From an uncultured Clostridia bacterium (GTDB lineage: Bacteria; Bacillota; Clostridia; TANB77; CAG-508): a stretch of 64,000 bases of DNA. Below, piece after piece: positions 19,574-29,476 of the stretch. The stretch covers positions 2,769 through 66,768 of the forward strand of contig CAUWKC010000003.1 of assembly GCA_963559365.1 (NCBI GenBank). The letters run 5' to 3'. The stretch's first letter is position 1; each line of letters starts with the position of its first letter. The translations under genes were made by a program, and so were the position numbers. Under the pieces are notes generated by a model. That model had not been told where the DNA came from. It did not search any database and worked only from the letters and a program-made list of their open reading frames with translations.

Positions 19574-20959
19574 CTATTTTAAACTTTCTGCTATTTCAAA
19601 AAATTTCATTCCATTTGACGCTTTTATTAAAATAACGTCTTCTGGTTTCATAATTTCTTTTAACTTTTCTATAATTTCTTCTTTATTTTTACATTCATAA
19701 ATTTTTTCTTCTGGCATTCCTTTTTGTTTTGCTTTTTTAGCAATTTCTTTTGATTTTTCTCCAGTTACTAATAAAATATCTACATTATTTTTAACTACTT
19801 CTTCTCCTACTTTTTCATGCAATTCTTTTGCATATTCACCTAATTCTAAAATATCACCTAATACCGCTATTTTTCTATTACTCTTTAATTCTGACATATA
19901 CTTCAAGCTCGCATGTATAGATTCTAAACTTGCATTATATGCATCATTAATTATTTTTACATTGTTTTCTAATGTAATAATATCCATTCTTTTTTTTGTT
20001 AATTCAAAAGTTTCAATTCCTTGTTTTATTTTTTCTACTTCTATTTTTAAAGTTTTTCCCACACATGCTGCACATAAAGCATTTAAGACAAAGTGTTCTC
20101 CTCCTACTGGCACTTCGATTTTTACTTCTTTTTGTTCTATTTCACAAGTAAATTCACTACTATCTTCTTTTAATTTTATATTTTTAGCATTTAAATCACT
20201 TTTTTCCTGAATCCCATAAGTAAAAATTGGTCTTTTTTCTCTATTTTCTTTTACCCATTGATGTAATAAGTCATTATCATTATTTAAAATTACAACTGGA
20301 TTTTTACTTCCTTCTAAAATTTCTAATTTTGCTTGTAGTATATTTTCTCTTGAGCCTAAATTTCCAATGTGAGAAGTTCCAATATTAGTAATAATACAAA
20401 TATCTGGTTTTGCTATTTGCGTCAATAATTTTATTTCACCAAAATGATTCATTCCCATTTCTAATATCATAGCCTCTTCTTCTTGTAATTGCAAAATAGT
20501 AAATGGTAACCCTATATTATTATTATTATTTCCAATTGTTTTTAAAGTTTTATATTTTTGTGATACAACATTAGCAACAATATCTTTTGTACTAGTTTTT
20601 CCTACACTTCCTGTTATAGCAATAACTGGTATTTTGTAGTAATCCCTTTTTAAACTAGCTATTTTGTATAAAGCATCTAATGTATCTTCTACTTCTATTA
20701 TATTTTTATTTTTAAATTTATCTGCTTTTTCTTTTTCGATATTAACTCCTGCTATTATTACAGTATCGGCTCCTTGTAAAAATGCTTGCTCCCAAAACTG
20801 GTTGCCATCAAAACTTTCTCCTTTAATTCCTATGTAAGTATCTCCTTTTTTTATGGTTCTTGTATCTTTAGAAAAATTTTTACAAATATATTCTTCGTTT
20901 CCTTGTATTAATTTTCCTTTGGTTACTTCTACTATTTCTTTTATGGTTAAATTTTTCAT
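19574..20959 (-). CDS. murF: UDP-N-acetylmuramoyl-tripeptide--D-alanyl-D-alanine ligase
   Basis: Mur ligase motifs (ITGSVGKTSTKD, DAYNAS) and the murF-ddl arrangement. Confidence 0.9.
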   Translation of the reverse strand: MKNLTIKEIVEVTKGKLIQGNEEYICKNFSKDTRTIKKGDTYIGIKGESFDGNQFWEQAFLQGADTVIIAGVNIEKEKADKFKNKNIIEVEDTLDALYKIASLKRDYYKIPVIAITGSVGKTSTKDIVANVVSQKYKTLKTIGNNNNNIGLPFTILQLQEEEAMILEMGMNHFGEIKLLTQIAKPDICIITNIGTSHIGNLGSRENILQAKLEILEGSKNPVVILNNDNDLLHQWVKENREKRPIFTYGIQEKSDLNAKNIKLKEDSSEFTCEIEQKEVKIEVPVGGEHFVLNALCAACVGKTLKIEVEKIKQGIETFELTKKRMDIITLENNVKIINDAYNASLESIHASLKYMSELKSNRKIAVLGDILELGEYAKELHEKVGEEVVKNNVDILLVTGEKSKEIAKKAKQKGMPEEKIYECKNKEEIIEKLKEIMKPEDVILIKASNGMKFFEIAESLK

Positions 20960-21067
20960 TTTTACACCTCTTATTTCTTTTGTTAGATTATATGTCTTTT
21001 TTCTTTTTTTTGCAACTAAAAAAAGGAGTTTATTTCAAAAAACTCCTTTTTTCTAAAGTGTACTATA

Positions 21068-21247
21068 TTATTTATTTTCTACACTTCGATTAGCAATTTC
21101 AATTGCTTTTGTTACAATATTACCACATTGTTTTGATGATACATTAGCCCAACTTCCTCCATCTTGTTTTACTTGATCATATACTCCTAATTCTTTTGCA
21201 ATTTCTTCTCTTAAATTTTCAGATATTAATTTACTATTTCTAGACAT
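21068..21247 (-). CDS. Alpha/beta-type small acid-soluble spore protein (59 aa, below the ORF-track cutoff)
   Basis: My translation is MSRNSKLISENLREEIAKELGVYDQVKQDGGSWANVSSKQCGNIVTKAIEIANRSVENK*. This shows the SASP pattern (EIAxELGV ... G.IVTKAIE). RBS GGAGGA lies upstream. Confidence 0.7.
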   Translation of the reverse strand: MSRNSKLISENLREEIAKELGVYDQVKQDGGSWANVSSKQCGNIVTKAIEIANRSVENK

Positions 21248-21321
21248 AACATCCTCCTAATTATCGTTCAATTATTATTAAACGATTTTATCTATAAAAC
21301 TTTTTTCAAGTTTTATATTAT

Positions 21322-21350
21322 TAGTATGAACTTTTTTTTAAAAAATATCA
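21322..21350 (-). promoter_or_regulatory. Candidate forespore (sigma-G/F-like) promoter for the SASP gene
   Basis: The minus strand reads TGATAT-16 nt-CATACTA. CATACTA equals the sigma-G -10 consensus. The -35 and spacing are only approximate. Confidence 0.3.
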
Positions 21351-21428
21351 TAACAATTTTTATGTTTTTTTCACTTTTTTGTCAAAATATGATATAATAA
21401 ATTAGATTTTTACAAAAGGAGTTTTAAC

Positions 21429-22979
21429 ATGAGCTATAAGAATCCAATTTTACAAAAACCTGGAATTGAAGAAAATACAAGTGAAATGATAACAAAACCT
21501 AGTAGTGAATTTGTACCTGTAAAGACCAAAAATACAAATATTTTTTCTACTTTAGGTTTATTTGCTATTTTATTTATAGTTGTTTTACTTGTAATTTTTG
21601 CCATTTTTTCTGTATATCATTCTTTTAGTAGTAATATTGTTTCAGGTGTATCAATTAAAGGTATTGATGTTTCTGGATTAAGTTCATCTGATGCGAAATA
21701 CCAAATAGATAATTATATAAAAGATAATTTACCTGAAGAAATTAAAGTAAAATATAATGATTTTGAGGCAACAATATCACTTGAACAAATGGATATTACT
21801 TTTGATACTAAATCTGCTTCACAATCTGCTTTTCAAATCAGTAGACAAGGAAATATTTTTGAAAATACTTTTGAAATGATTTCTACTATGTTTGGTAACA
21901 TTAATATAGAGCCCAATATTACTTTAAATAAAGAACTATTAACAAAAAATTTAGAAGATTTATCTCCACAATTACCAGATGCTGTTTCACAAAGTAGTTA
22001 TTATATAGAAGGAAATGAATTAATCATTACAGCAGGAAAAGAAGGAAATGTAGTAGATGTTGATGCAACAATGGAAGCAATAAAAAATTCTATTTCTACA
22101 TTTTCTTGCAAAGACCAACCAGTTGAAATTATTGTAAAAACACAACAACCAGATGAAATTAATATAGAAAAAATTCATAATGAAATTTATAAGGAACCAG
22201 TAGATGCCTATTATACTACTGAACCGTTTTCAGTTTACCCTTCTGAAAATGGAGTTGACTTTAATATTTCTTTAGAAGAAGCAAAATCTATTATTACTTC
22301 TGAAAAAAAAGATGAATATAGTATTCCATTAAAATTTATAACACCTAATGTTACAACTAACATGATTGGAACAGAAGCTTTTCCAGATTTACTTTCTAAT
22401 TTTTCTACCAACTATGCAGTAAGTAACAGAGATAGAACCACTAATTTAATTTTAGCTGCCAACAAAATAAATGGTACAGTTCTAATGCCAGGAGAAACCT
22501 TCTCTTACAATAAAGTAGTTGGTGCTAGAACCATTGCTGCTGGTTATAAAGAAGCTCCTATATATGTTCAAGGAGAAGTTGTAGACGGTCTTGGTGGTGG
22601 AATTTGCCAAATTACCTCTACATTATACAATGCTGTTTTATATGCTAACTTAGAAATCACACAAAGAAGCAATCATCAATTTGTTCCTTCTTATGTAACA
22701 GCAAGCCGTGATGCAACTGTAGTATATGGAGCAATTGATTTCCAATTTAAAAATAACAGAAACTACCCAATAAAATTAGTTTGCTCCGTATCTGGTGGAA
22801 TCGCTAACTTCAAAATATTTGGTTTACGTCAAGAAGACGACTGTGAAGTACAAATTTCCTCTTATGAAACAGGAAGAACTTCAACTGCTATCTACTCAGA
22901 AGCTTACCGCATTTTAAAAAGAGATGGCAAAATAATCAATACACAACTATTGTCAAAAGACACTTATAAAAGACATTAG
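21429..22979 (+). CDS. VanW family protein with N-terminal membrane anchor
   Basis: PGETFSYNKVVGARTIAAGYKEAPIY..GGGICQITSTLYNAVLYANL..RSNHQF..ASRDATVVYG are VanW-domain hallmarks. Confidence 0.8.
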   Translation: MSYKNPILQKPGIEENTSEMITKPSSEFVPVKTKNTNIFSTLGLFAILFIVVLLVIFAIFSVYHSFSSNIVSGVSIKGIDVSGLSSSDAKYQIDNYIKDNLPEEIKVKYNDFEATISLEQMDITFDTKSASQSAFQISRQGNIFENTFEMISTMFGNINIEPNITLNKELLTKNLEDLSPQLPDAVSQSSYYIEGNELIITAGKEGNVVDVDATMEAIKNSISTFSCKDQPVEIIVKTQQPDEINIEKIHNEIYKEPVDAYYTTEPFSVYPSENGVDFNISLEEAKSIITSEKKDEYSIPLKFITPNVTTNMIGTEAFPDLLSNFSTNYAVSNRDRTTNLILAANKINGTVLMPGETFSYNKVVGARTIAAGYKEAPIYVQGEVVDGLGGGICQITSTLYNAVLYANLEITQRSNHQFVPSYVTASRDATVVYGAIDFQFKNNRNYPIKLVCSVSGGIANFKIFGLRQEDDCEVQISSYETGRTSTAIYSEAYRILKRDGKIINTQLLSKDTYKRH

Positions 22980-23009
22980 GGATTTTAGGGACGTTCCTTA
23001 AAATCCCTA
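22977..23009. terminator. Bidirectional hairpin terminator between convergent vanW-like and ypeB genes
   Basis: TAGGGATTTTAGGGA-cgt-TCCTTAAAATCCCTA, a 15 bp stem with one mismatch, flanked by T/A runs. Confidence 0.6.
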
Positions 23010-23038
23010 TTCGTCCCTAAATTTTTTTATCATTAAAA

Positions 23039-24412
23039 TTACATGGTCAAAGTTCCGTTTGGCGTATTAGTTATAATTAAAATATCTTCTTCTCTTCCAT
23101 TTTCAGCATTTATATATACTAAGAATTCTCTGTCTTCTACATTTCCTTTGAATTCATAACACAAAATTTCTGTTTTCCACTCTGTGGGAATTACAGCTAA
23201 TCCTTCACTTTCTATTTGTAAATCTTTATTTAAACTTTTTTTAGCTTCTTCTTTTGTTATAGCAATTTTTGATACATCTCTTTTCGTATGATTATTTAAA
23301 TAACCTGTTGCTTCTATTCCTAATACTTCTCCATTATCTAAAGCAACTTTTACTTTAATTAAATCTGGATACATAATTACATTGTCCTGTGTCGCTGCAT
23401 AATTTATAGTTACAATCCCCTCTTGTTTTAAATAATACGTTTCTTTCATGTTTGTAAAGCCTTTATTTTCTAAAAATTCTTTTCCTTTTTTGTCTGCTTC
23501 TTCTTGTGAAATTACTTCTGATTTTACTTCACGATTTGTATTCATATATACAATGTGTCCACCTTTTTTTGAAACAGATACATTGATTGTTTCATTGTTT
23601 TGATTATTAATTGAAAAGTCATAAGTTGGAATTGTAGCATTTTCTGAAAATCCTAAGTTATTGATTTCTTTAACATCATTTTTACCAATAAATTCTTTCG
23701 CTATTTCTTTTGCTTGTTCTTCTTCTATATCTTCACCTGTCAGTCCTTTTGCTTCACTACTTGTTAAGTGTTCTGAAAATGCACCATCATAAATTAATCC
23801 AGAGTACTCATGAAAATTTTCTTCTAAATTACTGAAACTTTCTTTTGAAATATTATCAACTTGTTGAGCAAAAGCCATTGTTCCTTTTTTTGTTAGTTCT
23901 CCCCAAGCAAATCTTCCATTATTTAAGTCATCTGATAATTGATTTAATGTATTTTCTAATTCTACACTATAAGAATGTAATTCTTTTAAATTTTTTAAAT
24001 CTTCTTGAGTTAAATCTTCTTTATAAATATTTTTTCTAGATAAAGAATAACTATAATCACTTACTTGATTTAAAAATTTTTCTGTATTTTCTAATTCTTG
24101 ACTTTCAATTGGTAATCTTGACAAATAAGCTTGCGCTAAATTTGCTTCTCTCCATAAACTTGTTAAAGTTTCTGCTCCATGCTCTGAAGTAGAAGATATC
24201 AATGATTTGGCTAAATAGGTTTCTACATTTTGCACATAATCCACTAATTCATAAAAAGCCATATTATAACTATTTTCAGAAGCTTGTCTATATTCTCTTT
24301 GTTTACGATATAAAATAAACCCTAAAATAGCAACAATAATAAGCAATACACAAATAACACTAAGCATATGTCCTTTTTTTAATCTTTCTTTCCAATCTTG
24401 TAATTTATTCAT
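23039..24412 (-). CDS. ypeB: Germination protein YpeB
   Basis: N-terminal TM, long helical region and C-terminal PepSY-like repeats. It lies immediately downstream of sleB, as in the sleB-ypeB operon. Confidence 0.8.
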   Translation of the reverse strand: MNKLQDWKERLKKGHMLSVICVLLIIVAILGFILYRKQREYRQASENSYNMAFYELVDYVQNVETYLAKSLISSTSEHGAETLTSLWREANLAQAYLSRLPIESQELENTEKFLNQVSDYSYSLSRKNIYKEDLTQEDLKNLKELHSYSVELENTLNQLSDDLNNGRFAWGELTKKGTMAFAQQVDNISKESFSNLEENFHEYSGLIYDGAFSEHLTSSEAKGLTGEDIEEEQAKEIAKEFIGKNDVKEINNLGFSENATIPTYDFSINNQNNETINVSVSKKGGHIVYMNTNREVKSEVISQEEADKKGKEFLENKGFTNMKETYYLKQEGIVTINYAATQDNVIMYPDLIKVKVALDNGEVLGIEATGYLNNHTKRDVSKIAITKEEAKKSLNKDLQIESEGLAVIPTEWKTEILCYEFKGNVEDREFLVYINAENGREEDILIITNTPNGTLTM

Positions 24413-24423
24413 ATTATTCCTCC

Positions 24424-24900
24424 TTATTTACAAAAACGATGTTTACCGATAGTTTTTACCAAAGGTCTTGACCATATCCATTTATTTGTAGCAGTAGATG
24501 GATTAAAATAGTAAATACATCCTCCTGTAGGATCCCATCCATTTTTTGCATCTTGCGCGGCTTTATACACTGTAGACCCTTCACTAATAGGTTCATTAAT
24601 TTGTCCATCTGCTACTGCTGTAAAAGCCCCTGACTGATAAATAACACCAGCTATTGTATTGGGAAATTGTGAACTTTTTACCCTATTTAAAATAACAGCT
24701 CCTACCGCAACTTGACCTTCATAAGGTTCTCCCCTTGCTTCTCCATTAATCGCCCTTGCCATTAATTGTATATCAGAAGATTGAGAAATAGCTGCATAGC
24801 TAACATTAATTTCTTGTTTATCTCCTGGTAAAAAAATTAATACTAAAATTATAAAAATCAATATTAATAAAAATAATATTATTTTCACTCCATTTTTCAA
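24424..24900 (-). CDS. sleB: Spore cortex-lytic enzyme, SleB/CwlJ hydrolase family
   Basis: ARAINGEARGEPYEGQVAVGAVILNRV..FPNTIAGVIYQSGAFTAV is the SleB/CwlJ catalytic-domain signature. Confidence 0.75.
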   Translation of the reverse strand: MKNGVKIILFLLILIFIILVLIFLPGDKQEINVSYAAISQSSDIQLMARAINGEARGEPYEGQVAVGAVILNRVKSSQFPNTIAGVIYQSGAFTAVADGQINEPISEGSTVYKAAQDAKNGWDPTGGCIYYFNPSTATNKWIWSRPLVKTIGKHRFCK

Positions 24901-25034
24901 AAAATCACCTTTTTCTATTTAAATTTATTTGTTTTTATTATTTTGCTTTTTTTATTAAAAAATATTCCATTTTTTGAATTTTTCTTTTTTTTATGATAAA
25001 ATACTAACAATAAAACAAAAGGAGAGTATTCATT

Positions 25035-26159
25035 ATGAAAAATATTTTAATTTTTTATGCCTCTTATGGTGGCGGTCATCTAAATGCTGCAAAGTCCATT
25101 TATGAATACATAGAAAAAAATTATCAAGGAAACCAAATCGAATTAATCGATTGTATGAAGTATGTAAATAAAACAGTAGAAAAAGTAACAACTGCTGCTT
25201 ATCGTGAAGCTGCTAAAAAAGCACCTTGGGTTTGGGGAAAAATTTACAATGATTCACAAAAAGGTCCTTTAGCTCACATTTCTAGCCGTTCAAATAAAAT
25301 TATGGCTATCAAACTATTACAATTATTACGTGAAAAACAACCAGATTTAATTATTTCAACACACCCATTTAGTAGCCAGATGTGTAGTTATTTAAAACGA
25401 AAAGGTAAAATCACATCTAAAATCGCCACAATCATGACAGATTTTGCACCACATGACCAATGGCTAATAGGAAGTGATTTTACTGACTATTTCTTTGTAG
25501 CTAATGAAAAAATGAAGGAATTTTTAATCCAAAAACAAATTAAAAGTTCTAACATTTTTGTAACAGGAATTCCTTTATCAAGCCGATTTCTGCAAAAATA
25601 CAATAAAAAAGAAATTTTAAAGCAATATGAATTAGAAGAAGGAAAACAAACCATTTTATTCTTTGGTGGCGGTGAATTTGGTTTAGGAAAAACAAGAACA
25701 TTTACCATATTTGATACACTAATTCAATTAGCAAAAGACAAGCAAATAATTGCAATTGCTGGAAAAAACGAAAAAATGAAAACAAAATTCGAAGAAATAG
25801 TATCCAGCAACACAGCCAACAATCGAGTAAAAGTTCTCAGCTTTACCAATCAAATACCAGAACTAATGAGTATTTCCGACCTAGTCATAACCAAACCCGG
25901 AGGAATGACAACCAGCGAAACCCTAGCATCACATTTACCAATGATAATAATCAACCCCATCCCGGGGCAAGAAGAAGAAAACGCCAAATTCTTAGAATCA
26001 AAAGGCGTTGGAATTTGGTTAAAAAAAGAAGACAACATAAAATCAACATTACAAAACATATTTTCCAATCCAGAAAAATTAGAAAAAATGAAACAAAACA
26101 CCCTAACACTAGGGAAGCCAAATTCCACAAAAGAAATTTGCGATATTTTACTAAATTGA
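25035..26159 (+). CDS. MGDG-synthase-family glycosyltransferase (UgtP-like diacylglycerol glycosyltransferase)
   Basis: N-terminal YGGGH motif and C-terminal GT28-like ..ITKPGGMTTSE..PGQEEENA. Confidence 0.75.
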   Translation: MKNILIFYASYGGGHLNAAKSIYEYIEKNYQGNQIELIDCMKYVNKTVEKVTTAAYREAAKKAPWVWGKIYNDSQKGPLAHISSRSNKIMAIKLLQLLREKQPDLIISTHPFSSQMCSYLKRKGKITSKIATIMTDFAPHDQWLIGSDFTDYFFVANEKMKEFLIQKQIKSSNIFVTGIPLSSRFLQKYNKKEILKQYELEEGKQTILFFGGGEFGLGKTRTFTIFDTLIQLAKDKQIIAIAGKNEKMKTKFEEIVSSNTANNRVKVLSFTNQIPELMSISDLVITKPGGMTTSETLASHLPMIIINPIPGQEEENAKFLESKGVGIWLKKEDNIKSTLQNIFSNPEKLEKMKQNTLTLGKPNSTKEICDILLN

Positions 26160-26188
26160 GACAATGGGGACAGTTCCAATTTGTCTCA
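26157..26188. repeat. Palindromic intergenic repeat unit, copy 2
   Basis: tgagacaatggggacagttccaatttgtctca. Its first three nt are the TGA stop of the glycosyltransferase gene. Confidence 0.75.
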
Positions 26189-26249
26189 CTTTTTTTGTAT
26201 TATTTTGTCGAAAATAGTCTAATATAAGTATAATAGAAAGAACACACAA

Positions 26250-26540
26250 TTAGTGTGTTCCTCTTAATATAAGACCTCCATTTACTAGGAAAATTTCTAC
26301 CTCAATATCTCCCCCTCTAATGTTTTTAGGGATATTGATTCTTCCCTGTCTATCTATTTTGGTAAAAGAAAGTACTTCGCAATCTTTGCATTCTTCTATC
26401 TTTTTAATAGTAATTTCGTTTTCTTTCCATGAACAGATAGCTAACTGGGTTTTTTCTGTAATACCTAAGAACTTCATCATATCTCTAGGTACTATAATTC
26501 TCCCTTTTACATCAAACCGTCTTATTTTTTTATTATTCAT
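26250..26540 (-). CDS. AbrB/SpoVT-family DNA-binding protein (two swapped-hairpin-like halves)
   Basis: MNNKKIRRFDVKGRIIVPRDMMKFLGI and a second FTKIDRQGRINIPKNIRG repeat. RBS AGGGGGT precedes the ATG at 26540. It contains the only native-looking in-frame CGG I found (26517-26519). Confidence 0.7.
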   Translation of the reverse strand: MNNKKIRRFDVKGRIIVPRDMMKFLGITEKTQLAICSWKENEITIKKIEECKDCEVLSFTKIDRQGRINIPKNIRGGDIEVEIFLVNGGLILRGTH

Positions 26541-26704
26541 ACTGTACCCCCTTTTGGTTGCTAACAAGTATCACATGGATTATAACATATATTTTAATTT
26601 TTGGCAATTATGTTCCCTTTTAAGTTTTGTTTTTTGATTTGATCATTACATTTTGAATATGACATGTAATTTTTTTATATTTCGACAAAATAATACAAAA
26701 AAAG

Positions 26705-26736
26705 TGAGACAAATTGGAACTGTCCCTATTGTCTCA
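26705..26736. repeat. Palindromic intergenic repeat unit, copy 3 (inverted relative to copy 2, 31/32 identical)
   Basis: tgagacaaattggaactgtccctattgtctca. Its last three nt (tca) are the complement of the recR TGA stop. Confidence 0.75.
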
Positions 26737-27333
26737 TAATTCGCGTCTGCCTTCTAAGGCTTTGGTTAGTGTGATTTCGTCTGTGTATTCTAAGTCTCCT
26801 CCTACTGGAATTCCATGGGCGATTCTTGTGACTGTTATTCCTAATGGTTTGATTAGTTTTGATAAATACATGGCTGTTGCTTCTCCTTCTACTCTCGGAT
26901 TCGTTGCTAATATTACTTCTTTTACTTGTCCGTCCATTATTCTTGCTAATAGTTCTTTTATTTTGATGTCGTCTGGCCCTATTCCGTTCATGGGTGATAT
27001 GGATCCATGTAGTACATGATATACTCCTTTGAATTCGTGTGTTTTTTCCATGGCTATGACGTCTCTTACGTCTTCTACGACACATATTAGTTCTTGGTTT
27101 CTTTTTGGGTTGCTACAGATTGTACATGGGTCTGTGTCTGATATGTTAAAACATTTACTACAATATTTTAGGTTTTTTTTGGCGTTTACAATGGATGATA
27201 TGAATTCGTTTGTTTCTTCTTCTGAACTGTTTAGTATATGGAATGCTAGTCTTGCTGCTGTTTTATGCCCTATGCTTGGTAACCTTTCAAAACTTTCGAT
27301 TAGTTTTTCGATGGATGGTGAGTATAATGACAT
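26734..27333 (-). CDS. recR: Recombination protein RecR
   Basis: [15 protein letters not shown] helix-hairpin-helix, C4 zinc finger [16 protein letters not shown] and Toprim region. Sits in the dnaX-ybaB-recR order. Confidence 0.9.
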   Translation of the reverse strand: MSLYSPSIEKLIESFERLPSIGHKTAARLAFHILNSSEEETNEFISSIVNAKKNLKYCSKCFNISDTDPCTICSNPKRNQELICVVEDVRDVIAMEKTHEFKGVYHVLHGSISPMNGIGPDDIKIKELLARIMDGQVKEVILATNPRVEGEATAMYLSKLIKPLGITVTRIAHGIPVGGDLEYTDEITLTKALEGRREL

Positions 27334-27373
27334 TTTTTTGTTTCCTTTCTTTTTGCTTGTTTTATATTGCTAT

Positions 27374-27715
27374 TTAAAAACCTGGTATGTTGAATTTTCC
27401 AAGTTGAGAGGCTTGTTCACTATCTACTTTTCTTAATGCTTCATTTATACATGTTAAAATTAGATCTTCTAACATTTCTACATCTTCTGGATCAACTACT
27501 TCTGGTTTTATTTTTATTTCTTTTATTACTTTTTCTCCTGAAACTTTTACTGTTACAGCTCCTCCTCCTGCTGATGCATCAAATTCTTTGCTTGCTAGTT
27601 CAGCTTGCGATTTTTCCATGTCTGCTTGCATTTTTTTGGCTTCTTTCATTAAATTGTTTATATTCATTCCGCCAAATCCTCCCATTCCTCCTGGGAATCC
27701 TCCTCTTTTTGCCAT
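27374..27715 (-). CDS. ybaB: Nucleoid-associated protein YbaB/EbfC
   Basis: Typical sequence ([31 protein letters not shown]) and conserved position between dnaX and recR. Confidence 0.9.
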   Translation of the reverse strand: MAKRGGFPGGMGGFGGMNINNLMKEAKKMQADMEKSQAELASKEFDASAGGGAVTVKVSGEKVIKEIKIKPEVVDPEDVEMLEDLILTCINEALRKVDSEQASQLGKFNIPGF

Positions 27716-27739
27716 TTTTACATTCTCCTTTCTTTTTTA

Positions 27740-29314
27740 TTATTCTATAATTTTAAATGGTATATCTGATTGATTAGCAAAATTTTGTAAGTTTTCTGTA
27801 TTACTCATTGACCTTTCTTTTTTTTCTTGTGTAAGATATTTGATTTGCATTTCTTTTCCGCATGCTATAGAAATTAAGTTAGAAATTTCTCTTATGTTTT
27901 CTTGTTTTTCTAGTACTGCTTTTCCGAATGCTGTCATTCCATTTGGAAATTCAATTCCAACTGTCATATCATTTAACTCTATTGCGTTTGTTCCTAATAG
28001 GTTTGTATATAATACAATTTTTCCATTTTGTTTTAGGTCTTTCATTATTTGTGGCCAATATTCTTGAGCATGTTTTGAAAAATTCTTTGGCTTTGTTTGT
28101 TGTGTTGGTGTTTTATTTTCTTGTGGCTTATTTTGAACTTCTGGTTTTATTGTTTGCATTATTGGTTTTACTGATTGTTGTGCTTTTTGTATTGATGTTG
28201 GTGTTGATGTTATTATTGGCTCTACTTGCCTTATTTCTGGTTTATGACATAATTTGATTATTCCCGCTTCAAACAGAATTGTTTTTTGGGTTGACCATTT
28301 TATTTCATTTTCTAAATCTGATAATTTGTAAATCAATTCTACTAATTTTTCTTTTGATGCTGTTTTTGCAATTTCTTCTATTTGTTTTATTTCTTCTTCA
28401 TTATATAATTCTGACTTTTTTGTTGATTGATATACTAATACATCTTTTACATATTTTATCATTTCCCAGATAAAATTTTGAATATCTTTTCCTTGTTGCA
28501 ATACTTCTTCTACTTTCTGAAAAGCTTTTTCTACATCATATTCTAAAATAGCTTGTATGATACTATTTACAAAAGTTATTTTTGGAATCCCTACTAAGTC
28601 TTTTACTTTATCTTCATCAATTTTGTTTTCCCCGTCTTGTATACATCTTTCTAAAATAGATAAACTATCTCTCATAGCACCTTCTGACAAAGAAGCTATA
28701 ATAGATAATGCTCCTTTTGTTGCCTCAATGTTACTTTCTTTGCAAACAATTTCTAATCTTTTAATAATATCTTCATTAGCAATCCTTTTAAAGTCAAACC
28801 TTTGACATCTGGATAAAATAGTAGCTGGTAATTTTTGTGGTTCTGTTGTTGCTAAAATAAATTTTACATGTTCTGGTGGTTCTTCTAATGTTTTTAATAA
28901 AGCATTAAAAGCTCCTGTGGAAAGCATATGAACCTCATCTATAATATAAACACGATATTTTGCTTTTGTTGGTAAAAAGTTTACTTCTTCTCGAATACTT
29001 CTAATGTCCTCTACACTATTATTAGAAGCTGCATCCATTTCTACAATATCTGTCAAAGCTCCTGATATAGCCCCTTTGCAAATCTCACATTCGTTACATG
29101 GCTCTCCATCTTTTGGATTTAAACAATTAATAGCTCTTGCTAAAATTTTAGCAGCTGACGTCTTTCCTGTTCCTCGTCCTCCATTAAATAAGTATGCATG
29201 GCCTACTCTATTTGCTATAATTTGATTTTTCAATGTTTTAGTAATCGCTTCTTGACCTACCATTTCTGAAAATGTTATTGGTCTAAATTTTCTATAAAGA
29301 GCTGTGTACCCCAT
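27740..29314 (-). CDS. dnaX: DNA polymerase III subunit gamma/tau
   Basis: YTALYRKFRPITF..GHAYLFNGGRGTGKTS..CNECEIC..IIDEVHMLS. The ATG at 29314 has better RBS spacing than the listed GTG at 29323. Confidence 0.9.
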   Translation of the reverse strand: MGYTALYRKFRPITFSEMVGQEAITKTLKNQIIANRVGHAYLFNGGRGTGKTSAAKILARAINCLNPKDGEPCNECEICKGAISGALTDIVEMDAASNNSVEDIRSIREEVNFLPTKAKYRVYIIDEVHMLSTGAFNALLKTLEEPPEHVKFILATTEPQKLPATILSRCQRFDFKRIANEDIIKRLEIVCKESNIEATKGALSIIASLSEGAMRDSLSILERCIQDGENKIDEDKVKDLVGIPKITFVNSIIQAILEYDVEKAFQKVEEVLQQGKDIQNFIWEMIKYVKDVLVYQSTKKSELYNEEEIKQIEEIAKTASKEKLVELIYKLSDLENEIKWSTQKTILFEAGIIKLCHKPEIRQVEPIITSTPTSIQKAQQSVKPIMQTIKPEVQNKPQENKTPTQQTKPKNFSKHAQEYWPQIMKDLKQNGKIVLYTNLLGTNAIELNDMTVGIEFPNGMTAFGKAVLEKQENIREISNLISIACGKEMQIKYLTQEKKERSMSNTENLQNFANQSDIPFKIIE

Positions 29315-29335
29315 ATTTTTCACATCCTTTATACT

Positions 29336-29471
29336 AAAAATGGTTGATATTTCATCTCTCTATGGAAAGACTCCACATAAAGATTTCTACTTATTGCTGC
29401 TTCCTTCCGGACCTGACAAGATTCATAGGTCTTTATTGGATTCTCTCCATACAAAGATGAAACATCAACCA
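29336..29471 (-). ncRNA. ffs: Signal recognition particle RNA (small, single long hairpin form)
   Basis: The minus strand contains GUCAGGUCCGGAAGGAAGCAGC (the conserved SRP domain IV motif). The 5' AUGGUUGAUGUUUCAUCUUUGUAUGGAGAG pairs with the 3' CUUUCCAUAGAGAGAUGAAAUAUCAACCAU, followed by UUUUU. The position directly upstream of dnaX matches Bacillus/Clostridium synteny. Confidence 0.8.
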
Positions 29472-29476
29472 TGGAT

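Noticed and set aside
25850-26160. Locally elevated GC at the 3' end of the glycosyltransferase gene
   Set aside because: It coincides with the most conserved catalytic motifs (KPGGMTTSE, PGQEEEN). It stays in frame with the rest of the gene, so there is no evidence of foreign origin.
26726-27085. 119-aa Arg/His/Asn-rich ORF on the minus strand
   Set aside because: It is an alternative frame fully inside recR. Its composition is an out-of-frame artefact, and the recR frame has all expected motifs.
27029-27750. Several + strand ORFs (27029..27436, 27436..27750, 27588..27773) rich in L/F
   Set aside because: Antisense to recR, ybaB and dnaX. These are leucine/phenylalanine-rich shadow ORFs.
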